49,470 nucleotides of DNA, taken from contig JAIKYN010000036.1 of assembly GCA_024683155.1 (NCBI GenBank), forward strand, positions 1 to 49,470. Reading direction: 5' to 3'. The position numbers were made by a program, and so were the translations under genes. The first letter of the stretch is position 1. Each line of letters opens with the position of its first letter. Shown here one piece after another: positions 8,329 to 16,592 of this stretch. Source of the DNA: Lachnospiraceae bacterium. GTDB lineage: Bacteria; Bacillota; Clostridia; Lachnospirales; Lachnospiraceae. The notes under the pieces were generated by a model. The model was not told the DNA's origin and searched no databases. It was given only the letters and a program-made list of their open reading frames with translations.

Positions 8329-9291
8329 TCACTTAGCCTCCTTTCCGTTGCCGTTCTTTCCTGCCTTCTTAAATGAAGTCTTCGCCTGTCCCTTCAGATA
8401 CGGCACCGCCAGGAAGATGGCGACGATCACTGCCGTGAACAGCTTCATCAGGTTGGAATCCAGCTTTAACCACAATACCAGCGTATATACCAGGTAATAC
8501 AGGATACCGCCGATCACCACAAAGGTCAGCTTTCCTGCGAAATTCAGATGTTTTCCCAAAAGGGCTTCACCGATCACTTCACCGATGATCACCGCTGCCA
8601 GACCAATGACAATGGCACCACGGCCGCTGTTTACATCAGCAAAACCGGAATACTGTGCAGCCAGTCCGCCGGATAAGGCAACCAGTCCGTTGGAAAGGGC
8701 AAGACCCAGAACCTTCATGGAGTTGATATTGATCCCCTGTGCCTTGGACATCTGGGGATTGCAGCCGGTGGCACGCAGGGCAGAACCCGTCTCGGTTCCG
8801 AAGAACCAGTACATCACGGCTACGATCACAGCCACAAAGATCAGACCGGTAAGGATCGCAAGGGGAACATTTCGGCCGGAGATAACCAGGCTGTATTTGT
8901 CCACACTGACGGCCTGATTGGCTTTAAAGCCCATAATCGCCAGATTGATGGAATACAGGGCATACTGTGTCAGGATACCGGACAGGATCGCCGGAATACC
9001 CAGTTTGGTATGCAACAATCCGGTGACAGCACCTGCCGCAAGACCAACCACCATAGCGACCAGGATCGCGATCCAGGGATTGACTCCTGCCAGGATCAGC
9101 ATGACCGTTACCGCTCCTCCGGTGGAAAAGGTTCCGTCAACAGACAGATCCGCAACATCCAGCAAACGGAATGTTACATACACGCCCAATGCCATGATGC
9201 CCCAGATCAAACCCTGGGCAACACCTGCGGGAAGTCTGCCGAGCAGGCCCATCAGACTCAGTGAGCTGAAATACGATGCTACTGCGCTCAT
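8329..9291 (-). CDS. ABC transporter permease
   Basis: About 9 hydrophobic helices. Stop is 1 nt from the ATPase start. GGAG RBS. Confidence 0.9.
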   Translation of the reverse strand: MSAVASYFSSLSLMGLLGRLPAGVAQGLIWGIMALGVYVTFRLLDVADLSVDGTFSTGGAVTVMLILAGVNPWIAILVAMVVGLAAGAVTGLLHTKLGIPAILSGILTQYALYSINLAIMGFKANQAVSVDKYSLVISGRNVPLAILTGLIFVAVIVAVMYWFFGTETGSALRATGCNPQMSKAQGININSMKVLGLALSNGLVALSGGLAAQYSGFADVNSGRGAIVIGLAAVIIGEVIGEALLGKHLNFAGKLTFVVIGGILYYLVYTLVLWLKLDSNLMKLFTAVIVAIFLAVPYLKGQAKTSFKKAGKNGNGKEAK

Positions 9292-9324
9292 TACTTGTTA
9301 TCTCCTTCATTTAAAACAAATTGC

Positions 9325-9359
9325 ACAAAAAGAGGTGCTGATGTGCTCGGCACCTCTTT
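9325..9359 (-). terminator. Intra-operon terminator-like hairpin between the binding-protein and permease genes
   Basis: 10-bp stem AAAGAGGTGC (9329-9338) / GCACCTCTTT (9350-9359) with an 11-nt loop. On the minus strand it runs into TTTTTG. Confidence 0.5.
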
Positions 9360-9392
9360 GTCCTTTTCAAAAAAACTCAAACCACTGATAGA

Positions 9393-9440
9393 GCAATTAC
9401 CGCAGGTAATTGCCAGTGTAATTTCCGAAGGACATTACAC
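9393..9440 (-). other. Two further stem-loops directly after the binding-protein stop codon
   Basis: GCAATTAC-CGCAG-GTAATTGC (9393-9413), and GTGTAAT...TCC-GAA-GGA...ATTACAC (9416-9440). Confidence 0.45.
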
Positions 9441-9443
9441 TTA

Positions 9444-10412
9444 TTATCCTTCGTAGGCAACGTAGCCTTCGGGAATGGTCACACCCAGCTCGTCACAGAT
9501 CGCGGGATTGTATTCCTTTACAGGATCGGGATAGTACTGGATCGCCATCTCGGAGATCTTTTCTTCACCCTTTAATACCTTTGCAGCCATCTCACCGGTG
9601 GTATAACCCAGACCGTAGTAGTCGATACTCAAGGTAGCAACACCGCATCCTGCCAGAATACCTTCCTCACCGGCAATGATGGGGGTCTTTGCAGGAAGTG
9701 CTACGTTGTTGATGGCTTCTACGCAGGAAGCTGCTGTGTTATCGGTAGGGATGTAGAGAACATCCACATTTGCACAAGCTTCAGCGGTTACGGAAGCGAT
9801 ATCGTTGGAATCTGCGAAGGTATAGATCTGAACGGTCAGGCCGTCACCTTCCAGAGTATCCTTAACAACCTTTGCCTGGTAGCTGGAGTTTGCTTCTGCG
9901 GAGCAGTACAGGATACCAACGGTCTTTGCATCGGGGAAGATCTCTTCTACCATTCTGGCCTGCTGGTCAAGAGGAGGAAGATCACTGGTTCCGGAAACGT
10001 TGTTTCCAACCACACCGGAGAAATTATCGATACCCAGTGCCACACCGTACTCGGTGATGGCTGTACCCAGTACAGGGATATCGGAAGTAGCTGCTGCTGC
10101 AGACTGCAGGGAAGGAGTTGCGTTTGCCAGGATCAGGTCTACATTTTCCGCAACCAGATTGGTGCAGATCATGGTAGCTGTGGCAGCATCACCTGCTGCG
10201 TTCTGCTCATCAAACTTTACATTCTCGCCAAACTCGGCAACCAGAGCATCCTTGAAGCCCTGGGTAGCTGCATCCAGCGCTACATGCTGTACGAACTGGC
10301 AGATACCTATGGTATAGGTCTTGTTGGCGCTGCTGCCGGAAGCGGAACCGCAACCGGTTAAAGATAAGGCCATTACAGCAGCCATAGCGAGAGCAAATAA
10401 TCTCTTTTTCAT
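9444..10412 (-). CDS. ABC transporter substrate-binding lipoprotein (ABC_sub_bind / BMP-like type)
   Basis: Lipoprotein signal MKKRLFALAMAAVMALSLTGC, followed by YTIGICQFVQHVALDAATQGFKDAL, typical of this binding-protein family. Confidence 0.9.
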   Translation of the reverse strand: MKKRLFALAMAAVMALSLTGCGSASGSSANKTYTIGICQFVQHVALDAATQGFKDALVAEFGENVKFDEQNAAGDAATATMICTNLVAENVDLILANATPSLQSAAAATSDIPVLGTAITEYGVALGIDNFSGVVGNNVSGTSDLPPLDQQARMVEEIFPDAKTVGILYCSAEANSSYQAKVVKDTLEGDGLTVQIYTFADSNDIASVTAEACANVDVLYIPTDNTAASCVEAINNVALPAKTPIIAGEEGILAGCGVATLSIDYYGLGYTTGEMAAKVLKGEEKISEMAIQYYPDPVKEYNPAICDELGVTIPEGYVAYEG

Positions 10413-10470
10413 AATATCCTCATTTCCGCGTCAACCCGTTGACGCTTTAAACTGTTAAATCAACTCTTTT

Positions 10471-10499
10471 ATCTTAATATGTTTTTTCCCGTTCGTCAA
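10471..10499 (-). promoter_or_regulatory. Candidate promoter of the ABC importer operon
   Basis: Minus strand: TTGACG (10499-10494), 17-nt spacer, TAAGAT (10476-10471). Confidence 0.5.
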
Positions 10500-10518
10500 T
10501 TGATGATTTCCCCGGACG

Positions 10519-10553
10519 AAAAAAAGCTCCGAAGAAGCATTTCAACGGAGCTT
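10519..10553 (-). terminator. Intrinsic terminator after the beta-galactosidase gene
   Basis: 9-bp stem AAAGCTCCG / CGGAGCTTT with a 14-nt loop, running into six T residues on the minus strand. Confidence 0.6.
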
Positions 10554-10565
10554 TCGCGTCTTTTT

Positions 10566-13535
10566 CTAGTGGTCTTCCATCCGCACCAGGAAGGAGAATT
10601 CGTAGTCTTCCTTTACGGGATAGGTATATTCCGGCGCACATCCGGGACCACAACTGCCGGTTCCGATGCCCATCTGGAATCCCTGTATGGTCACAAAGCA
10701 GCCGGTGGTCAGTTCGTCCTCCCGGTGTTTCATATGCAGGAGTTCCACGTCGCTGTATGGCTTGATCCCCAGTTCGAAGGGCTTGTCCACCGCTTCGAAG
10801 GTCACGCTGCCGGAAGGTCCCTTGACGGTGGCATAACGGCAATCGCAGCGATTTCCGCTTTCCTGGGGCTTTATATTGGGTTCCGTCATCTGCTGCAGGG
10901 TCGTCTCCACAGCGGTAATGATGGCCTGTTCCTTCATATCAGCGTAGCTCTCGGAATCTCTTCCGAAATAGGAGATCCGGTCAAACTCAGCCGGCAGGCA
11001 GAAGGTCTTGCCGAATCTGGGCAAAAAGCCTTTCCCCTTTGTGCAATGGATCTTGGAGGTGATCAAAAGGCCTTTGTCCGTCATCTGATAGATATCGGCA
11101 AAGGTAAAGTGCTTCTTTTTGCAGGTAATGGTTCCAAGAACCACCATCCTGCCCTCCTGTCTGGTAACAGACTCCACCTGCATCTGCTGGTCATAAAATT
11201 CCTCCATCAGGTTGACTCCCAGCAGATCCTTGTCGTTATCGGTGGCGGCACGGTACAGGATAGTATAGGGATCCGCCGACCGCAGGGTTACGCCGTTTCC
11301 GGTATAGCTGATCCTTCCTTCTTTTTCCAGGAGTGTATCCGGAAGCGTAGTAAGGCGCTCAAGTTCCTCCTGCAGGCAAACCTTTTCCACCAAAAGGATC
11401 TGTTCTCTGGCTACTTCCTGTCCCTCATACAGGGTATGGAAGGTTACGAACAGTTCGGTTCCCGTTTTCCGGGCCTGTTCCATCTTTTCCGCAACCGGAA
11501 GGGTGAAGGTCTCCTTTTTCAGCGGGAACACATCAAAGCACTTCTCCTCCTGCGTGCCGTCGCTGTAACAGATCTTCACGGTAAACTGTGCGGCAATACG
11601 GAACGAACGGGTGTTAAATATACTGAAACGCTCCCCTCCTTCATAGGTAAAACGAAGGGGTCTGTAGCAATGCCGGACGATCCGTGCACCGGTGGAAGGC
11701 CTCCGATCCGGGTAGAACAATCCATCGACGCAGAAATTGCCGTCATGCTCCCACTCTCCGTGGTCACCGCCGTAAGTGTAGGTACCGTCCTCATGGAGAA
11801 CGGCGTGATCCACCATTTCCCAGACGCAGCCGCCCATATTATTGTCAAAGGCATAGATCTCTTTCCAATAGCTCTCGATGTTTCCGGGGCCCACGCCCAT
11901 GGCATGGGCATATTCACACAGAAAATAGGGCCGATCGTTAAGTTCCCGCACCTTGGCGATCCCCAGTCCGGTCTCGTGCAGGCGCTGTGCCGGAGGATAC
12001 ATCTCACTGGCAATGTCATAGGCCTTTCGCAGGGAATGGATGGCGCTTTCATAATGAACCGGGATATTGGACACCTTTTTCAGATATTCATACATCTTAT
12101 CCTGGTTCTGATACCCGCCGGCTTCGTTTCCAAGGCTCCACATCATAATGCTGGCATGCAATTTATCCCGCTGGTAGAGCCGCTTTACCCGGTCCATGTA
12201 ATGCGCTTCCCATCGGCTATCATTGCTGATGCGGTTATAACTGGGCGGCAGACGGTGGGCAAATACCCCATGGGTCTCCAGATCTGCTTCATCCACCACA
12301 TAGATCCCCTTCTCGTCGCACAGCTCCAGCAGATAGGGATCCGGGGGATAATGACTGGTCCGGATGGTATCGATATTATATTCCTTACACAGCTCCACAT
12401 CCCGCTGGATCTCCTCCGGGGTCATGGTATAGCCTGCCGTAGGGGATGTATCGTGATGGTTTACGCCATGCATCTTAAGCAAACGGCCGTTGAGCAGATA
12501 GCGGTTCTTAAGGATCTGAATATCCTTAAAGCCCACCCGCAGTACCACACAACTGTCCGGTGTCTTCACATACAGGTTGTACAGAGTGGGATCTTCCGCC
12601 GTCCATTCGCAGACCCGCAGGTTTTCAAAGCTGTAGAATGCCCTGCCGTTTTCCGTATGCACCTTCAGGGTCCGTTTAAAGGCGATCCCTTCCAGGAGGA
12701 TGGAGATATCCGTATCTTCTCCGCAGGTGGTCAGTGTACCGGATACGCTGTAGGTATCCTCCTCCCGGTTCTTCACCGTGTTCCACTCGATATCCCACAG
12801 GTCCGTGGGGGAATTTATGCGTAGCAGAACATCCCGAAAAATCCCCACATTGCGGAACATATCCTGGCATTCCAGATAGGAACCGTTACACCAGCGACGG
12901 ACGACCACCAGCAGTTCGTTTCTGCCTTCCCTTACCAGGGTGGTCACATCAAATTCGGCAGTATTGTGGGAGCCTTCGGTGTAACCGGCAAAGGTTCCGT
13001 TCACATATACATCTGCGCAGCTGGCCACACCCAGAAATGACAGGGTGTAGAGCTTTGTCATATCATCTGCATCAAAAAAGGTCCGGTACACGCAGGCATA
13101 GTTATACTGCCCTTCCGGGGTCCGATATTCCGGCCCGGGGCCTTTCTTATCGGCGCCCATCCACATAAACACCTTCCCTACCGGTTCCTCTGTCGGGATC
13201 CTGGGAGGATCATAGGGAAACTGGTACCGGTAGTTTACATAGAACGGCTTGTCATACCCCTGAAACTGAATACATCCCGGCACCTTGATCTTGTCAAAGG
13301 GGATCAGATCGGTGTCCAGATTTTCCGGCATTTTGCCGGGCTTCGGAAAGAACTTAAAGTCCCATTCTCCGTTCAGACACTTTACCATAGGAGAGGCATA
13401 GCGTCTCTTTCCCGCCGGAACGGCAAAATAATAATCCGGGGCGGGATAGGGGATAAAATAGGATCTGGCAGGAAGCCGGTTAACCTCTATGGTATGAAAA
13501 TCCTGAAAATGTTCCCGATCTATGTGATAGTACAT
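10566..13535 (-). CDS. lacZ: GH2 beta-galactosidase
   Basis: 989 aa. Motifs IRTSHYPPDPYLLELCDEKGIYVVDEADLETHG, WSLGNEAG and CEYAHAMG, plus a C-terminal small-chain-like domain. Confidence 0.9.
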   Translation of the reverse strand: MYYHIDREHFQDFHTIEVNRLPARSYFIPYPAPDYYFAVPAGKRRYASPMVKCLNGEWDFKFFPKPGKMPENLDTDLIPFDKIKVPGCIQFQGYDKPFYVNYRYQFPYDPPRIPTEEPVGKVFMWMGADKKGPGPEYRTPEGQYNYACVYRTFFDADDMTKLYTLSFLGVASCADVYVNGTFAGYTEGSHNTAEFDVTTLVREGRNELLVVVRRWCNGSYLECQDMFRNVGIFRDVLLRINSPTDLWDIEWNTVKNREEDTYSVSGTLTTCGEDTDISILLEGIAFKRTLKVHTENGRAFYSFENLRVCEWTAEDPTLYNLYVKTPDSCVVLRVGFKDIQILKNRYLLNGRLLKMHGVNHHDTSPTAGYTMTPEEIQRDVELCKEYNIDTIRTSHYPPDPYLLELCDEKGIYVVDEADLETHGVFAHRLPPSYNRISNDSRWEAHYMDRVKRLYQRDKLHASIMMWSLGNEAGGYQNQDKMYEYLKKVSNIPVHYESAIHSLRKAYDIASEMYPPAQRLHETGLGIAKVRELNDRPYFLCEYAHAMGVGPGNIESYWKEIYAFDNNMGGCVWEMVDHAVLHEDGTYTYGGDHGEWEHDGNFCVDGLFYPDRRPSTGARIVRHCYRPLRFTYEGGERFSIFNTRSFRIAAQFTVKICYSDGTQEEKCFDVFPLKKETFTLPVAEKMEQARKTGTELFVTFHTLYEGQEVAREQILLVEKVCLQEELERLTTLPDTLLEKEGRISYTGNGVTLRSADPYTILYRAATDNDKDLLGVNLMEEFYDQQMQVESVTRQEGRMVVLGTITCKKKHFTFADIYQMTDKGLLITSKIHCTKGKGFLPRFGKTFCLPAEFDRISYFGRDSESYADMKEQAIITAVETTLQQMTEPNIKPQESGNRCDCRYATVKGPSGSVTFEAVDKPFELGIKPYSDVELLHMKHREDELTTGCFVTIQGFQMGIGTGSCGPGCAPEYTYPVKEDYEFSFLVRMEDH

Positions 13536-13581
13536 AAATGAATTCTCCTGATAATGCTCTCGTTCTTTACTGTAAAGAAGA

Positions 13582-14955
13582 TCATTTTCCGGCTTTGATC
13601 TGCTGATTGATCTCTTCCAGTTTCTCGTTGGTCAGAATGTATTTCTTAGCAAAGATACCGATGGCGATCAGCAGACCCACAATGGGAACGACGGTCATGA
13701 ACAGACGCAGGATCCCTACGGTGGAAGCGGCCACATTGGTCACGACTTCCGTATCATTCTCTCCGATCTCACTGATGTTGGTGATCTCCAGGCAGATGGA
13801 AACCAGCAGAGTGGAAAGACCACTGGCCAGCTTTACCACAAAGGTCTGCATGGAAAAGATCACGCTGTCATCTCTGCGGTGATTCTTCAGCTCGCCGTAA
13901 TCAACGGTATTGGCCAGGAACACGGTGGTCAGGATGGTCAGCATTCCGAAGGCCGCAAATACGAAGAATGCGGGGATCATCAGAATATACAGATTCATGA
14001 CATTGGCCAGCATCAGCACCAGCATCACGCCATAGCCTCCGATGCACATGAAAAAGCTGGCATAAAATACCTGCATGGAGCTTAAGAACTTACGGATCAG
14101 CGGATAAAACAGCATCATGGAAAGGATCTGAATGCCGCCGCCGAAGGTGGTAAAGAGGGTGTATGCGCCTCTCCATCCTTCACCGCCGAAATCGTACTTG
14201 AAAAAGTAGATCAGAAGGCCGGATGTAATGTACAAAGACAGGTTGATGAGCACGATGGTGATCACCACGGTCATAGCCTGATCGTTCTGCACCAGGGCAC
14301 GGAACATCTCCTTTACAGAAGGGGCGTCCACATCCACGGTGGACTTTTCCTTTACTGCCAGGCAGGTGATCAGAATGAAAACAAAGAATGCCAGGGCGAT
14401 GATCAGAGCAAAACGGCTGAAGCCTGCCCGCTCATTTCCCTGTCCTAATGCTGCTACCGCCATGACACCGATAATGGTGATGAGGGCATCACCCACACCG
14501 GCACAGGAACGGGCCAGCGTGGTCAGGCCTTCCCGCTCGTCCCCGCTTCTGGTAAAGGCAGGGATCATGGACCAGAACGGAATATCCATCATGGTATAGG
14601 TAACACCCCAGATGATGTAAACAACCGCTGCATAAACCACCAGTCCGGTTCCGTTTAATGCGGGCGGAGCAGTATACAGCAGATACAGTACAACGGCATT
14701 TAATAAGGTGCCTGCAAAAAGCCAGGGTCTGAAGCGTCCCCACCGGGATTTGGTCTTGGCAACCAGTACCCCCATAAGGGGATCGTTAAAGGCATCAAAT
14801 ACACGGGCTGCCATGATGATGATACCCATGGCGATGGCACTGACGCCTAAGATGTCCTGATAATAATAGAGAATAAAGTTTGCGGAAAGCATGTAGGCAA
14901 GATCCTTTCCAAAGGCACCTAAGCCGTATCCCGCTTTTTCTTTTGCTGAAAGCAT
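13582..14955 (-). CDS. Glycoside-pentoside-hexuronide (GPH):cation symporter
   Basis: 12-TM profile. N-terminus KAGYGLGAFGKDLAYMLSANFILYYY and DPLMGVLVAKTKSRWGRFRPW are typical of the MelB/LacS family. GGAGG RBS. Confidence 0.9.
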   Translation of the reverse strand: MLSAKEKAGYGLGAFGKDLAYMLSANFILYYYQDILGVSAIAMGIIIMAARVFDAFNDPLMGVLVAKTKSRWGRFRPWLFAGTLLNAVVLYLLYTAPPALNGTGLVVYAAVVYIIWGVTYTMMDIPFWSMIPAFTRSGDEREGLTTLARSCAGVGDALITIIGVMAVAALGQGNERAGFSRFALIIALAFFVFILITCLAVKEKSTVDVDAPSVKEMFRALVQNDQAMTVVITIVLINLSLYITSGLLIYFFKYDFGGEGWRGAYTLFTTFGGGIQILSMMLFYPLIRKFLSSMQVFYASFFMCIGGYGVMLVLMLANVMNLYILMIPAFFVFAAFGMLTILTTVFLANTVDYGELKNHRRDDSVIFSMQTFVVKLASGLSTLLVSICLEITNISEIGENDTEVVTNVAASTVGILRLFMTVVPIVGLLIAIGIFAKKYILTNEKLEEINQQIKAGK

Positions 14956-14997
14956 GTTTCGTAATTCCTCCCAAAACGATCGATTGTTGTTTTTATC

Positions 14998-15468
14998 CTA
15001 GAGACGCTCGGTCTGATCCATCTCCGGATCGTCTGCCTCCATGGGCGGGATATCGCCGTCCTGATCATGATCGGATGCGTCATGTCCTTCTCCGTCATGG
15101 AGATACTCACGGGTGGTCACCCGTTTCTTGTCTCTTTGCTCTTCTACCAGACCGGATAAGAGTTCCTTTACCTGGCGGGGGTGCTTCACACTGATGATGT
15201 CAAAGTCTCCCAATGTCTTATCCGCCGAGCAGCAGTGAATGGTTCCCACGCCGAACAGACGCTGTCCAAGGGTTCTGGTCAGGGACATATCCATGATGCG
15301 GTAAAGTCTTACCTCGTCTTCTCTTTGATTAAAAAAGCCTCTCTTGATGAACAGCCGCTGTGCATCCAGAGAATACACGGTAAAACTGAAGGGAAGCCCA
15401 AAGAGGGTTCTCTTTCTGTCTCTCCATACCTGCGCGGTGCCTGCTACGGTTTTCTTTTCTTTTGCCAT
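14998..15468 (-). CDS. Bacterial PH (YdbS/YdbT-like) domain protein with an acidic tail
   Basis: FTVYSLDAQRLFIKRGFFNQREDEVRLYRIMDMSL...GTIHCCSAD matches the bPH_2 pattern. GGAG RBS. Confidence 0.75.
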   Translation of the reverse strand: MAKEKKTVAGTAQVWRDRKRTLFGLPFSFTVYSLDAQRLFIKRGFFNQREDEVRLYRIMDMSLTRTLGQRLFGVGTIHCCSADKTLGDFDIISVKHPRQVKELLSGLVEEQRDKKRVTTREYLHDGEGHDASDHDQDGDIPPMEADDPEMDQTERL

Positions 15469-15492
15469 GATACCTTCTCCTCGTGATGTGTT

Positions 15493-16092
15493 TTATGATA
15501 ATTCGTCTAGTGTATTTCCGTATGGAGGCAGGAATTCCTCCATAAAATCATGAACCTCGGGAAGCTCGCTTTCCAGCGCCGCAATGGATCGCATGGTGGA
15601 AGTCTTGGCGGTGACAAACTCGGTGTTACCGGCCCGCTCTTCTTCAATGCATTTGATCAGAGCGGAGATCTTATCCGCTGCCTTGATCAGGCGGCGCATA
15701 TAAACTTCCTCTTCGGTTTGTTCTCCGCGAAAAACAGACTCATAAGCGGGGCGCAGATCGGCGGGCAGCTTGTCCAAAAGCCGGTCCTCCGCAATGGCTT
15801 CCACTTCCTTATAAGCCTTTCGTATGTCATCGTTATAGTATTTTACCGGTGTGGGCATGTCTCCTGTGATGATCTCGGAGGCATCATGATAAAGCCCTAT
15901 GAGTGCGGCTTTCTCTGCATCCAGTTGTTTTCCGTAACGGACGTTGCCGATGGTGCACAGCAGATGGGACAGCATGGCAACCTCCAGGGAATGCTCGCTT
16001 AAGGTCTCCGGCCTGGAATTGCGCATAAGGGCCCACCTCTCGATGTATTTCATCCGGGAGATCGTAGCGAAAAAGTTATAGGTCTGACTCAT
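15493..16092 (-). CDS. yfbR: HD-domain 5-prime-deoxynucleotidase
   Basis: Alignable by eye over its full length to E. coli YfbR (RWALMRN...SEHSLEVAM...YHDASEIITGDMPTPVKYYN). Confidence 0.9.
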   Translation of the reverse strand: MSQTYNFFATISRMKYIERWALMRNSRPETLSEHSLEVAMLSHLLCTIGNVRYGKQLDAEKAALIGLYHDASEIITGDMPTPVKYYNDDIRKAYKEVEAIAEDRLLDKLPADLRPAYESVFRGEQTEEEVYMRRLIKAADKISALIKCIEEERAGNTEFVTAKTSTMRSIAALESELPEVHDFMEEFLPPYGNTLDELS

Positions 16093-16397
16093 GCTTTCTT
16101 TCCATCCTTGTTTATGGTCTGGTCCTGCATGAACTTAATGGCCTCTGCTGCTGTTTCAAAGATCAGTGCCATATTCCGGGCGTCGCTTTCGGTAGACTCC
16201 CAGTAATGTCTGGCCATGCCTTCACAATAATTCTTGGCATTCTCCACCGTCTCCCGTGAGATCACATGGCCGTTGCAGTAGATCGTTCCGGTCTCCGGAT
16301 TGAACTTGGCACTGCCGTAAAGGGTCATGAACGCATCTCCAAGACCGGCACTGCGCGCCAGCGCTTCGATCATGGCTGCTCTGTTTTTCTCATCCAT
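16089..16397 (-). CDS. Hypothetical protein (102 aa)
   Basis: ATGA overlap with yfbR. Start placed at the internal ATG 16397 (MDEKNR), which has AAGGAG upstream. The longer ORF start at 16439 has no RBS and sits inside the putative promoter. Confidence 0.6.
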   Translation of the reverse strand: MDEKNRAAMIEALARSAGLGDAFMTLYGSAKFNPETGTIYCNGHVISRETVENAKNYCEGMARHYWESTESDARNMALIFETAAEAIKFMQDQTINKDGKKA

Positions 16398-16441
16398 ATT
16401 GTCGTTGCTCCTTTTGTGTTTGACGAAAAGATTCCTCATCT

Positions 16442-16471
16442 ATTGTACGGCATTTTAGTACATATTTACAA
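16442..16471 (-). promoter_or_regulatory. Candidate promoter for the 16397-to-10566 gene string
   Basis: Minus strand: TTGTAA (16471-16466), 18-nt spacer, TACAAT (16447-16442). Confidence 0.35.
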
Positions 16472-16557
16472 CCAAAATCCAACTTTCGGGAAATCTTTTT
16501 GAGCAAGTGATGGAAACTATTATATATAACGCAGTTTCTCCAACCCTGCCAAGAATC

Positions 16558-16586
16558 TTTACACAAAAATGCAAAAATGATAGATT
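16558..16586 (+). promoter_or_regulatory. Candidate promoter placing the transcription start at or next to the ATG of the GGDEF-EAL gene
   Basis: TTTACA (16558-16563), 17-nt spacer, TAGATT (16581-16586). The ATG at 16593 is 7 nt downstream of the -10 element and has no Shine-Dalgarno sequence. Confidence 0.4.
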
Positions 16587-16592
16587 AATACT

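Noticed and set aside
10479-12824. 781-aa plus-strand ORF
   Set aside because: It lies entirely antisense to the GH2 beta-galactosidase gene. The translation is low-complexity (G/H/L/I/P-rich) with no motifs. Long stop-free antisense frames are expected in genes with strong G/C third-position bias.
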